A DNA stretch of 61,359 bases, filler included. It is 3 parts of 3 records of this genome, joined end to end, with 100 filler letters (N's around TTAATTAATTAA, not from the genome) between each part and the next. Parts side by side here need not be neighbours in the genome. Positions count along the whole stretch, not along the records: positions 1 to 30,023 come from SRR20825019_1003; 2 more parts are not named here. The stretch is one strand, 5' to 3'. Every line of letters begins with the position of its first letter. The first letter of the stretch is position 1. Shown here piece by piece: positions 1-9,640 of the stretch. The notes under the pieces are model-generated. The model ran no database searches. It saw only the letters and a list, made by a program, of their open reading frames with translations, and was not told the origin of the DNA. The translations under genes were made by a program, and so were the position numbers.

Positions 1-160
1 TATTAAAATATATGCTGAAGAATTAGGCGGGAAAGACTTCATTAGTTTAAATTATTACATTACTTCACAAGAAGATTTATTAAAACCTTGCGAAATGCCC
101 GCACAAAAGGTTATTGATTTTATTTTGAATGTCTCACTTGTGAAAACTTCAGCAAAATAG
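1..160 (+). CDS. 5'-truncated small conserved protein (…AEELGGKDFISLNYY…LKPCEMP…), a family usually found beside msrA
   Basis: Frame starting at nt 2 reads IKIYAEELGGKDFISLNYYITSQEDLLKPCEMPAQKVIDFILNVSLVKTSAK, stop TAG at 158-160; absent from the ORF track because it is truncated. Confidence 0.7.
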   Translation, partial: IKIYAEELGGKDFISLNYYITSQEDLLKPCEMPAQKVIDFILNVSLVKTSAK

Positions 161-268
161 ACATGTGTAGAGGTAATTTATACGTTTTAATAAGCAGTAA
201 ACTGCTGTATTTTTGTGGTAGTATATTAAGTACTAGTACAAAGAGAATATTAATTTAAAAAATAATAC

Positions 269-763
269 ATGGGAAATTATAAAAAAGCATATATAGCTGG
301 CGGGTGTTTTTGGGGAATGGAAGATTTATTTAGAGTTCGTCCAGGAATTATTGACACCGAAGTAGGTTATTTAGGCGGAGAAAACGATAATCCTACATAC
401 GGAAACCATCCAGGTCATGCTGAAGGTATTGAAATTACTTATAAGCCTGATGAAACTTCATTTAAGCATATTTTGGATTATTTTTTTAGAATTCATGACC
501 CTTCAACTGTTGATAGACAAGGGAACGACAGGGGTTCAAGCTATAGGTCTGCCATATTTTTTCAAAATGAAGAAGAGAAAAAAGTAGCGCAAGAAATTAT
601 ACAAATAGTAGACGATTCTAAAAAATGGCAAGCTAAAATAGTTACAACACTGGAGCCTTTTACAAAATTTTGGGCGGCAGAACCTGAGCATCAAGATTAT
701 TTGGTTAGAAAACCTAATGGTTATACTTGCCACTTTGAAAGATTTGATACAAGCTTTATTTAG
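269..763 (+). CDS. msrA: Peptide-methionine (S)-S-oxide reductase MsrA
   Basis: GGCFWG active site, GHAE, RQGND…[15 protein letters not shown]-terminal GYTCH resolving Cys. Confidence 0.97.
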   Translation: MGNYKKAYIAGGCFWGMEDLFRVRPGIIDTEVGYLGGENDNPTYGNHPGHAEGIEITYKPDETSFKHILDYFFRIHDPSTVDRQGNDRGSSYRSAIFFQNEEEKKVAQEIIQIVDDSKKWQAKIVTTLEPFTKFWAAEPEHQDYLVRKPNGYTCHFERFDTSFI

Positions 764-798
764 TTTTAAAGAATAATAAATTAGTTGAAATTTACATT

Positions 799-840
799 AA
801 AACACTGTAACAATTATTTAAATTGTTACAGTGTTTTTTT
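799..840 (+). terminator. Rho-independent terminator after msrA
   Basis: AAAACACTGTAACAATT / AATTGTTACAGTGTTTT inverted repeat plus T-run. Confidence 0.8.
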
Positions 841-884
841 AATATTATAACAGGAAAATTAATTCTTAATTTAAACCAAATAAT

Positions 885-1286
885 ATGAATTGGTATTTAC
901 CCATTACTATAATTCCAGGAATAGGAATGTTAATTCTATCTACATCTTCGCAAATGCTAAGTGTAAGTGAGGAAGTTAGAATGCTTCTTGCAAAAAAATG
1001 TAATATTTTTCAACACGACATCTCTAAACGTAAATTAAAACAGTTGGGTTTGTTAACACGTGCTTCTGCATTATTATATTTATCTACGGGGTTCTATGTT
1101 TTATCGGGTATTTTGGGAGTAATTATTGCGCACGATGATCCATGGGGCTTACCAAGTGTAATGCTGTATACAGGAACTATTTTCGTTTTTATGGCAATAT
1201 CTTTTTTAATTATTTATTCATTTAGAGCAGTACGAATAAGGCGGTTGCAGTTCGCTAATAATCATAATTTAGATGAAACACATTAG
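885..1286 (+). CDS. Small integral membrane protein (DUF2721-like)
   Basis: About three hydrophobic segments; N-terminal PGIGMLILST pattern. Confidence 0.65.
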   Translation: MNWYLPITIIPGIGMLILSTSSQMLSVSEEVRMLLAKKCNIFQHDISKRKLKQLGLLTRASALLYLSTGFYVLSGILGVIIAHDDPWGLPSVMLYTGTIFVFMAISFLIIYSFRAVRIRRLQFANNHNLDETH

Positions 1287-1591
1287 AAGCTAAATTGAAG
1301 TATAAATCAAGATATTCCTGAATGCTATTTCAGCTTTTTTGATATAAAAATACCAACATTAGTAAGTTTAAATGGAAAACCCTACTAATCATATTCTACT
1401 ATTTAGGATTCCCAGGATGTAGAGGTCGTGTTATTCCACTTGTAAATAGATTGATTTTTGTTAAAGACTTATACTAGTGAGAAACATACAATAGCAAAGG
1501 ATAATGGAGTTTTAAAACTCATAAATAATTGAACTTAAAATCAATTTTTAGCACATCCAATTCAAAATAAATTAAAAATATTTAATTAAAG

Positions 1592-2815
1592 ATGAAAAGC
1601 ACTAAACTGAATATAGAAAATAATAAAGGACACAAGCTACAAGCTTATTTGGAACTTCCAGCAAATCAAAAACCTAATTATTACGCCATTTTTGCACATT
1701 GTTTTACGTGCAATAGCACTTTAAATGCTGTAAAAAATATAAGTCGCGCCTTAACCAATCATGGTTTTGGTGTAATACGTTTTGATTTTACAGGATTAGG
1801 AAGAAGTGAAGGGGAGTTTTCAGATAGTTATTTTTCTGCAAATGTGGACGATCTTTTAGCCGTTAACACTTATTTAGCTGAAAATTATCAAGCACCCGGC
1901 TTGTTGGTTGGTCATTCCCTTGGCGGTGCTGCTGTAATTGCAGCTGCTTCAAAGCTTGAGAACATTAAAGCGGTTGCTACTATTGGTGCACCTGCAACTG
2001 TAACTCATGTTACACATTTATTTTCTCATGGAATTGAAGAGGTAAAACAAAAAGGTGAGGTTGAAATTAATATTGGAGGACGTCCTTTTAAAATAAATCA
2101 AGAATTTGTTGATGATTTTAGTAAAACAGATTTGCCTGAAATTACTAAAAATTTGCGTAAACCTTTATTAATAATGCATGCACCATTCGATCAGATAGTA
2201 GGGATTGAAAATGCACACAAATTATATCACGATGCGCACCACCCTAAAAGTTTTGTGAGCTTGGATCAAGCAGACCATTTACTTTCCAAAACACGCGATA
2301 GTGAATATGTGGGCGCACTAATTGGCACTTGGGTTACACGTTATTTTGAACCTGCAGATAATGAAATGTTGCAAATTGAAGGGGAACAGTTAGTTGCGCA
2401 TTTAGATTTAAAGGAAAATAATTTTACAACACAGCTTCAAACTAAAAAACACACTTTTATTGCAGACGAACCAGAAAGTGTTGGTGGTGATGATTTTGGA
2501 CCTTCACCTTACGAATACCTTAATGCAGCCATTGCAAGTTGTACAGTAATGACTCTAAAACTATACGCAGAACGCAAAAAATGGGATTTACAAGAAGTGT
2601 TTGTTTATTTAACGCATGCCAGAAGGCATAGTGATGAATTAATGCTAGATGTTGAAAAACCAGGATATTTAGATCATATTTCGAAAAAAATTAAGCTTGT
2701 AGGAAATCTTGATGATGCACAAAAACAACGTTTAAAAGAAATAGCGTCTAAATGTCCGGTTCATAAAACGGTTGCTAGTGAAGTAATTTTCGATACCGAA
2801 ATACTAAACTCATAA
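1592..2815 (+). CDS. Bifunctional alpha/beta hydrolase - OsmC family protein
   Basis: AHCFTC, GHSLGG nucleophile elbow, ADHLL; C-terminal OsmC motifs GPSPYE…ASCT and KCPVHKT. Confidence 0.93.
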   Translation: MKSTKLNIENNKGHKLQAYLELPANQKPNYYAIFAHCFTCNSTLNAVKNISRALTNHGFGVIRFDFTGLGRSEGEFSDSYFSANVDDLLAVNTYLAENYQAPGLLVGHSLGGAAVIAAASKLENIKAVATIGAPATVTHVTHLFSHGIEEVKQKGEVEINIGGRPFKINQEFVDDFSKTDLPEITKNLRKPLLIMHAPFDQIVGIENAHKLYHDAHHPKSFVSLDQADHLLSKTRDSEYVGALIGTWVTRYFEPADNEMLQIEGEQLVAHLDLKENNFTTQLQTKKHTFIADEPESVGGDDFGPSPYEYLNAAIASCTVMTLKLYAERKKWDLQEVFVYLTHARRHSDELMLDVEKPGYLDHISKKIKLVGNLDDAQKQRLKEIASKCPVHKTVASEVIFDTEILNS

Positions 2816-2898
2816 AGAATTTCGGAATTATTAAAACTTCCTAATAGCATCTTAATGATTATGATAATACCCGTAAACAATCCTATTCTTGAAACTTT

Positions 2899-4242
2899 TT
2901 AAAAAATTAAACTAATTACAGTACCCGTATTTTCATTACTTTGAACCTGAATTTTGCCTCCGTGAAGTAGCATAATTTGTTTGCTTAAGCTCAGGCCAAT
3001 ACCACTTCCAGTTTTTTTGGTGCTAAAAAATGGCACAAAAATACTGTCCATAATTTCAAGTGGAATACCCGTACCATTATCTGTAACTTTCAGCTGAGTT
3101 TTACCATAATGACCAATGTTGGCTGCGACAATAACTTTTGGATTAGAAACTTTATCGGTCGCATCTAGTGCATTTAAAATTAAATTAATAAGCACTTGCT
3201 CGATGAGGTAAGAATCTATTTCTAATACTAAATTTGGGTCCTTTAAATCAAAATCGAGCGTTGCAACCTTTTGTACTAAAGTCGACTTCATTAATTCATT
3301 TATGCTTTCAAAAAGATCTGAAGCCTTAACAGTGGTTTTATTTACGTGGGTAATTTTATTTAGGCTTCTATAGGTTTTCGCAAATTTCATTAAGCCTTCA
3401 CTTCGTTTTTTTATACTGTTCAGCCCAGCATTTAGGTCTTCCAATTCTATTTTTTCAGTAGTTGGGTTTTCTATTGATTTTTGAATATCAGTTTGAAGTG
3501 TTTCCGCCAAAGAAGAAATTGGTGCAATGCTATTCATAATTTCATGAGTCATTACACTGAGCAGTTTTTTCCATGCTTCGCTTTCATTTCTGTTTAAAGT
3601 TTCTTCAATATTCTGAAGAACGATGAGTTTGAAGGAGTTTTCTTCCATTTCAAATACAGTATCAGAAATTAATACTTTTAATGTTTCCTGCCTCATTTCC
3701 AAGGTTACCGAAGCAGTGTTGGAGTGGTAGGTTTCAAAAAGTTCATCGTAAATTTTTGGTCTTCTTTTTTCAACAAAACTTACATTTTTGAAGGAAGGGA
3801 AATCGAGTGTTTTTAAAAATGAATCGTTCGCCCATAGTACATCGCCACTTTCTACATTATAGGCGATGATACCAATATTTACCATTTCAAGAATTTTTTG
3901 AAGATACACAAATTGAGCTTGTCGCTCGCTGTCTATTGCTTTAATGGTTTTATTTACTAAGTTGAAACCTTTATGAAGTTTTTGAATATCCTGCGGTCCT
4001 TTATCTTCCACAAACCATCTTGAAAAATCGTGATATTTTATGGATTCAAAAAAATCGTCCATTTCAATAAAACGCTTTATTACAAATTGGTAGAGATTAT
4101 AAATTACAATAAATGAAAGTAATGCACCCCCTATAATTGCAAACGTATTGGGTAAAACTATCCCAAAAGCTAGTATCGTCAAGGAAATGAGTAGACTTAC
4201 AACCCGAAGGGTTAATGAAAATAAATAGCTATTATAGGTCAT
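2899..4242 (-). CDS. Membrane sensor histidine kinase (NtrY-like)
   Basis: Two N-terminal TM helices, H-box MTHEIMNS, N-box INLILNA, G-boxes DNGTG and GSGIGL. Confidence 0.93.
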   Translation of the reverse strand: MTYNSYLFSLTLRVVSLLISLTILAFGIVLPNTFAIIGGALLSFIVIYNLYQFVIKRFIEMDDFFESIKYHDFSRWFVEDKGPQDIQKLHKGFNLVNKTIKAIDSERQAQFVYLQKILEMVNIGIIAYNVESGDVLWANDSFLKTLDFPSFKNVSFVEKRRPKIYDELFETYHSNTASVTLEMRQETLKVLISDTVFEMEENSFKLIVLQNIEETLNRNESEAWKKLLSVMTHEIMNSIAPISSLAETLQTDIQKSIENPTTEKIELEDLNAGLNSIKKRSEGLMKFAKTYRSLNKITHVNKTTVKASDLFESINELMKSTLVQKVATLDFDLKDPNLVLEIDSYLIEQVLINLILNALDATDKVSNPKVIVAANIGHYGKTQLKVTDNGTGIPLEIMDSIFVPFFSTKKTGSGIGLSLSKQIMLLHGGKIQVQSNENTGTVISLIF

Positions 4243-5575
4243 ATTTATTTAGTCTACGATAAAGTGCCGCACGTGTTATACCTAACTCTTTTGCAGATTT
4301 TGAAATGTTACCATCATTTTTTTCAATAACATTTAAAATTGTATTCCGCTCAATTGCATCTAGATTTGTTTCCTTTTGAAGTATTGGTGAATGTGATTGT
4401 TCAATAGCCGAAAATGTAAGATCTGAAGCTTCGAGTGTTTGTTGTTCAGCCATAATAATAGCACGCTCAACAGCATATTGTAACTCGCGAACGTTTCCAT
4501 TAAAGTGATGCTTCTTTAATTTCTGAATAAAATCTGGGGTTAATGAAAAAGCTCCTTTTCCATATTTTTCAGCATAAAAATTTACAAAATAATTTGCTAA
4601 AAGAGCGATATCGGAGCCTCGTTCTCGTAGCGGCGGAATTGTAATATCGACAGTATTTATGCGGTAAATAAGGTCTTTTCTGAATCGTTCTTCATCGGCA
4701 AGTTCACTTATGGGCACATTGGTAGCACAAATTAATCGAATATCAATTGTAACGGCTTGGTTAGATCCTAATGGAGTTACTTGTCTGTTTTGCAGTACTG
4801 TTAGCAACCGCGATTGTTGGCGTGGCGTTATGTTTCCTATTTCATCTAAAAATAAAGTTCCGCCATTTGCCGCTTCAAAACGACCTTTTCGGTCTTCATG
4901 TGCATCTGTAAAAGCACCTTTTTTGTACCCAAAAAGTTCACTTTCAAAAAGGGTTTCGGTAAGTGCTCCAACATCTACTTTTACAAATGGCATATTCTTA
5001 CGAAGTGAATTTTCATGAATGGCTTTTGCAATTAAGTCTTTACCCGTTCCATTTTCACCTAGAATAAGAATATTGGCATCGGTGGGGGCAACCTTCTTAA
5101 GTTTTACAAACACATCTTGCATGGGTTCACTTTCACCAATAATCTTGGTTTCAGAGTCTAGATATAGTTTTTTTGGTTGATGTTTTTTCTTTTTTTCAAG
5201 CAGTTCTTTTATTGTTCCTACTATTTTTTCATTTTTCCAAGGTTTCACTATAAAATCGGAAGCGCCTTCTTTTAACGAACGAATAGCTAAATCAATATCA
5301 CCATAAGCAGTGATCAGAATAACAGCTACGTTTGGGTTTTGCTTCTTAATTTTATTTAACCAGAAAATTCCTTCATTTCCTGTATTTACAAGCCCGTTGA
5401 AATTCATATCTAGAATAGCAACATCAAAGTTATGAGCTTGCATCAAGCTTTGAATCATGTTCGGGTTTTTGTTAACGACAACCTCTTTTACTTTCGATTT
5501 AAGTAAAAGCCGAAGCGCAACGAGTACATCTTCATCGTCGTCTATAACTAATATGTTAGCATTGTGGAGAAGCAT
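4232..5575 (-). CDS. Sigma-54-dependent response regulator (REC-AAA+-Fis HTH)
   Basis: IDDD…LDMN receiver, GENGTGKD Walker A, GAFTDA loop, FLDEIG, GITRAALYRRL HTH; start moved to MLLHNAN at 5575. Confidence 0.95.
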   Translation of the reverse strand: MLLHNANILVIDDDEDVLVALRLLLKSKVKEVVVNKNPNMIQSLMQAHNFDVAILDMNFNGLVNTGNEGIFWLNKIKKQNPNVAVILITAYGDIDLAIRSLKEGASDFIVKPWKNEKIVGTIKELLEKKKKHQPKKLYLDSETKIIGESEPMQDVFVKLKKVAPTDANILILGENGTGKDLIAKAIHENSLRKNMPFVKVDVGALTETLFESELFGYKKGAFTDAHEDRKGRFEAANGGTLFLDEIGNITPRQQSRLLTVLQNRQVTPLGSNQAVTIDIRLICATNVPISELADEERFRKDLIYRINTVDITIPPLRERGSDIALLANYFVNFYAEKYGKGAFSLTPDFIQKLKKHHFNGNVRELQYAVERAIIMAEQQTLEASDLTFSAIEQSHSPILQKETNLDAIERNTILNVIEKNDGNISKSAKELGITRAALYRRLNKYDL

Positions 5576-5645
5576 GGATACAATATTAACAAATTCAATT
5601 GTTTTAAATCGTAATTCTGAATTCATAATTCTGAATTAAATAAAG

Positions 5646-5684
5646 TGTATCGTCAGCGAACAGTTAGTGTCTCAAAAACGAACA
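5646..5684. promoter_or_regulatory. Tandem TGT-N11-ACA boxes; putative enhancer (UAS) for the adjacent sigma54 activator
   Basis: TGTATCGTCAGCGAACA (5646-5662) and TGTCTCAAAAACGAACA (5668-5684), 22 bp apart. Confidence 0.55.
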
Positions 5685-5737
5685 CTTTGTATTATTGATT
5701 TTTTCTCAAAACACTGTAAACTAGCCTTTTGTTTTTT

Positions 5738-5752
5738 TGGCATCATATTGAC
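5738..5752 (+). promoter_or_regulatory. Possible sigma54 -24/-12 promoter of the export operon
   Basis: TGGCATCATATTGAC; the -24 TGGCA is good, but the -12 element is one base closer than canonical GG-N10-GC. Confidence 0.35.
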
Positions 5753-5783
5753 AGTTTAAATTTTTGAAAACGAATCAATATAT

Positions 5784-7037
5784 ATGGACATACCATTAGA
5801 AAAAAAACGATTTACCACCAAAAAGATCCTGCTACTTGCGGGAATAGGTATTTTAATTGCATTAATCATTTTTGTTATTATTTCATCAATGGGCGGCTCT
5901 AAGCTTAATGTAGAAAAGGAACGCATTAGCATTAGCACGGTAAAAAAAGGTGTTTTTCAAGAAAATATACCTGTAAACGGAATTGTATTGCCTATTACTA
6001 CTATTTATTTGGATGCTCTTGAAGGAGGTCGTGTAGAAGAAAAATTTGCAGAGGATGGCGCAATTCTTAAAAAAGGAGATCCTATTTTGAGACTTTCAAA
6101 TACCGATTTGGAACTAAGCCTTGTAAATCAAGAAACACAGGTTTACAATTTATTGACGCAAATGCAGATTTCTCAGAATGCGGCTCGTCAAAACACCATT
6201 AATAAATTAAACCAATACACCGATGTAGAAAGTGGTTTAATTGAAGCTAAGCGCTTGTATGATCTTAATAAGAAATTATACGATAAAGATGCTATTGGCC
6301 GTCAGGATTTAATACGTGCAGAAAACGAATATAACTATCAAAAAGAACGTATGAAGCTTTCAAAGCAAATTCTTAAGCAAGATAGTCTCGCTGTAAAACA
6401 AGAAAAAGGGCAAGTACAAAGTAGTTACAGTCGCACCCAAAATGCTTTAGAGTTAATGCGTAGAAAAGTAGCTGACCTTGTGGTAAAAGCACCTGTTGAT
6501 GGACAACTTACTTCTTTAGATGCTGAAATTGGCCAATCCAAAAATAAAGGAGAACGTTTGGGCCAGATAGATGTTTTGAGTGGTTTTAAAGTTCGCGCAG
6601 AAATTGATGAACACTACATTTCAAGAATATATAATGGGCAATCTGGAAGCTTCAGTTTTAATGGCAAAAGCTATAAACTAACAATTAAAAAAGTTTATAC
6701 CCAAGTTACCAATGGTAGGTTTCAAGTAGATATGCAGTTTGAAGAAGAGGTTCCTGAAGGAATTCGTCGTGGACAAACATTACAAATACGATTGGCTTTA
6801 AGTGATGAAAAACAAGCAGTAATGATTCCAAAAGGAGGGTTTTTTCAGCAAACAGGTGGTAATTGGATTTTTAAAGTAAGTGAAGATGGTGCTACCGCCT
6901 ATAAAACTGAAATAACACTGGGAAGCCAAAACACTGAAAATTATGAGGTGTTAAGTGGACTAGAACCAGGCGATAAAGTAATTACAAGTAGTTATGATAA
7001 TTATGGTGATGTACAGGAGTTGGTTTTAAAAGATTAA
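5784..7037 (+). CDS. Efflux periplasmic adaptor (MacA/HlyD-like)
   Basis: N-terminal anchor, GGRVEE lipoyl half-motif, coiled coil, VKAPVDG, C-terminal SGLEPGDKVI. Confidence 0.92.
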   Translation: MDIPLEKKRFTTKKILLLAGIGILIALIIFVIISSMGGSKLNVEKERISISTVKKGVFQENIPVNGIVLPITTIYLDALEGGRVEEKFAEDGAILKKGDPILRLSNTDLELSLVNQETQVYNLLTQMQISQNAARQNTINKLNQYTDVESGLIEAKRLYDLNKKLYDKDAIGRQDLIRAENEYNYQKERMKLSKQILKQDSLAVKQEKGQVQSSYSRTQNALELMRRKVADLVVKAPVDGQLTSLDAEIGQSKNKGERLGQIDVLSGFKVRAEIDEHYISRIYNGQSGSFSFNGKSYKLTIKKVYTQVTNGRFQVDMQFEEEVPEGIRRGQTLQIRLALSDEKQAVMIPKGGFFQQTGGNWIFKVSEDGATAYKTEITLGSQNTENYEVLSGLEPGDKVITSSYDNYGDVQELVLKD

Positions 7038-7046
7038 AATTAGTCA

Positions 7047-7108
7047 GTTATTCTGGGCGTTTGGAAAATTTAAAATTCCCAATTGCTATCGGGAGCGCCC
7101 GGAATGAC
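7047..7108. repeat. REP-like palindromic intergenic element
   Basis: GTTATTCTGGGCG … CGCCCGGAATGAC imperfect inverted repeat enclosing TCCCAATTGCTATCGGGA. Confidence 0.5.
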
Positions 7109-7148
7109 ATATATAAAACAGTAACCATAATAAAGAAAACAACTATAA

Positions 7149-8798
7149 ATGAAACAAATTAAATTTTTAATAATCGCCTTATTTCTGTTCGTATTTCCAA
7201 AGTTTGTATTGTCTCAAAATACAGAATTTGAAACAGATAAATTATATGAAGTAAAAAGCAATAAACCTGGGTTTTCTGTCGCAGTATTTAAAGGAGACGA
7301 TATCTTTTTTGAAAAAACATACGGTAACGCAAACCTTAGTTATAATATTCCTATAACTAGTGAAACTGTTTTTGACATAGGCTCAATTGCAAAACAATTT
7401 ACAGCTGCAGCTATACTATTACTAGAAGAAGAAGGAAAGTTATCTATTAAAGACCCTGCTTATCAATATATTGATAAACTTCCTCGCTATAAAAAAGGAA
7501 ATCCAACTATTGAGCAATTATTAAATCAAACAAGCGGCATAAAAGAGGTAGATCCTTATTTAGGTGTAATTGATTTATGGTTTCATGACTATCTAAATCA
7601 TTCGCAATTGATTAATATAATTACGAAAGTTAAAACACTTCGTTTTACACCTGGAGCTCACTTTTATTACACAAATGCAAACTACATATTACTAGCTTCT
7701 ATTATTGAAAAAGCTTCAGGAGAATCTTATAATGACTATTTACAAAAAAATATTTTTGGACCACTTAAAATGGAACACACCATTTTTAATAATGATTTAT
7801 ATAAAGTTATTAAAAACAGAGCTATAGGCTATACAGAAGAGGAAGGTAAATTCTATAACACTCATTTTTATTCTTTAAAATATTCTGGAGATGGACAGAT
7901 TTTGACCAATACAAAAGATATGTTTAAGTGGCATCAAAACTTAAAAAATGCAGTGATTGGAACATCAGAATTATGGAAGAAGATGCATACAAAAGCGAAA
8001 CTAAATGATAGTACAGAAATAAATTTTGGATTAGGGGTAGAATTCGAAACTCACAATGGTTACAAAGCTGTTGGGTTTGATGGTATGAGTGTAGGGGGTT
8101 TTGTCTCTAAATATTTGTACTTCCCAAAACTAGATACAGCCATTTTTACCTCACAAAACACATTTAATTGGGATTTTAGAGAACGCTTTTTTCAGTTTGT
8201 AGATTTGTTTATTCCTGAAGTAGAATCTAAAAATAAAGCTTCAAAATACAAAGAAATAGAACTCTCAAATAATGAATTAAGGAAATATGAAGGAAATTAT
8301 TTATTCTATTTTAATGATATAGACAGAAAAGCAAATGCTATAAAACTAAAAGGGAATACACTTTCAGTGCTAACACTGGATGGGGATGAAATTGTAAAAT
8401 TGATTCCACTAGGAAACAATAGATTTTTATTCGGAGAAAATGAAAATGCCATAATAACGTTCAGCTTTAACCAGAATGAAAAGCAATACACGTATGACGA
8501 ATTAGAGAATACAACCCCTTGGTTATTTAAAGAGTTTCAACCTTATAATCATTCTGAAGAAGAGTTAAAAGAGTTTGAAGGACAATATTTCAATAAAGAT
8601 TTTCAAATCAGTAAAAAGCTTCAGTTAGAAAATGGTAAACTTTATTACTACTACAGAAACGGGGCTAGTAAAAATATAATGGCATCAATTTCTAAAGATT
8701 TGTTAGAAATACCAATAAGCCCGATTCAATTTTTACGAAATAGCAAAAGCGAAATAACAGGCTTTGATCTAATGGGGGTCGTATTTGAAAAAATATAA
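7149..8798 (+). CDS. Secreted serine hydrolase, beta-lactamase/AmpC-like (peptidase S12) family
   Basis: Signal peptide, FDIGSIAKQF (SxxK), LLNQTSG, FYYTNANY (YxN). Confidence 0.9.
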   Translation: MKQIKFLIIALFLFVFPKFVLSQNTEFETDKLYEVKSNKPGFSVAVFKGDDIFFEKTYGNANLSYNIPITSETVFDIGSIAKQFTAAAILLLEEEGKLSIKDPAYQYIDKLPRYKKGNPTIEQLLNQTSGIKEVDPYLGVIDLWFHDYLNHSQLINIITKVKTLRFTPGAHFYYTNANYILLASIIEKASGESYNDYLQKNIFGPLKMEHTIFNNDLYKVIKNRAIGYTEEEGKFYNTHFYSLKYSGDGQILTNTKDMFKWHQNLKNAVIGTSELWKKMHTKAKLNDSTEINFGLGVEFETHNGYKAVGFDGMSVGGFVSKYLYFPKLDTAIFTSQNTFNWDFRERFFQFVDLFIPEVESKNKASKYKEIELSNNELRKYEGNYLFYFNDIDRKANAIKLKGNTLSVLTLDGDEIVKLIPLGNNRFLFGENENAIITFSFNQNEKQYTYDELENTTPWLFKEFQPYNHSEEELKEFEGQYFNKDFQISKKLQLENGKLYYYYRNGASKNIMASISKDLLEIPISPIQFLRNSKSEITGFDLMGVVFEKI

Positions 8799-8883
8799 TT
8801 ACTTGGCTAACACCTATAAAACAAACATCAAAAAAAATGATAACAAGGCTTTGACGCTGCTTAGCCATCTGAAAAAATAAATT

Positions 8884-9573
8884 ATGATAACAATTACAGA
8901 TTTAGAAAAGTATTATGCAACTGAAGAGGTTCGCACGATTGCATTAAACAAGCTGTCTTTTAAAGTAAAAGAAGGGGAATTTGTAGCCGTAATGGGACCT
9001 TCAGGCTGTGGAAAATCAACCTTACTAAATATTCTCGGCTTACTTGACGATGCTGATGGCGGAAGTTTTGTTTTTAATGGAATAGAAGTAGCAGGTTTTA
9101 ACGAACGTAAACGCGCAGATTTACGAAAGCATAATATTGGGTTTGTGTTCCAAAGCTTTAACCTTATTGACGAGCTTACGGTTTTTGAAAATGTTGAACT
9201 TCCATTAATCTACACGGGCGTTAAACCAGCTGAAAGAAAGGAACGCGTAGATGCTGTATTAGAAAAAATGCAGATTATGCACCGCAAAAAACACTTTCCA
9301 CAACAACTTTCTGGGGGGCAACAACAACGAGTGGCTGTTGCGAGAGCAGTGGTAAACAATCCAAAATTGATACTAGCCGATGAGCCTACGGGGAATTTAG
9401 ATAGCAGCAACGGAAACGAGGTTATGGATTTACTCACCGAATTAAATGAGGCTGGAACCACAATAATAATGGTAACACACAGTGAGCACGATGCAAAATA
9501 CAGTCATCGAATTATTAGAATGCTTGATGGGCAGAAAGTTACAGAAAATATTTTGGCTGAGTTTAAAAGTTAG
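8884..9573 (+). CDS. ABC transporter ATP-binding protein (MacB/LolD-type)
   Basis: [29 protein letters not shown]. Confidence 0.97.
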   Translation: MITITDLEKYYATEEVRTIALNKLSFKVKEGEFVAVMGPSGCGKSTLLNILGLLDDADGGSFVFNGIEVAGFNERKRADLRKHNIGFVFQSFNLIDELTVFENVELPLIYTGVKPAERKERVDAVLEKMQIMHRKKHFPQQLSGGQQQRVAVARAVVNNPKLILADEPTGNLDSSNGNEVMDLLTELNEAGTTIIMVTHSEHDAKYSHRIIRMLDGQKVTENILAEFKS

Positions 9574-9640
9574 AAATTCTTAATATTCAGTTGTTGTATA
9601 GTATTCATATTTAACCAATAGCTGCTAAATCTTAAAAATA

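Noticed and set aside
7149-8798. A true beta-lactamase resistance gene
   Set aside because: SxxK and YxN are shared by the whole S12 family; the class C KTG motif is not evident and there is a long C-terminal extension
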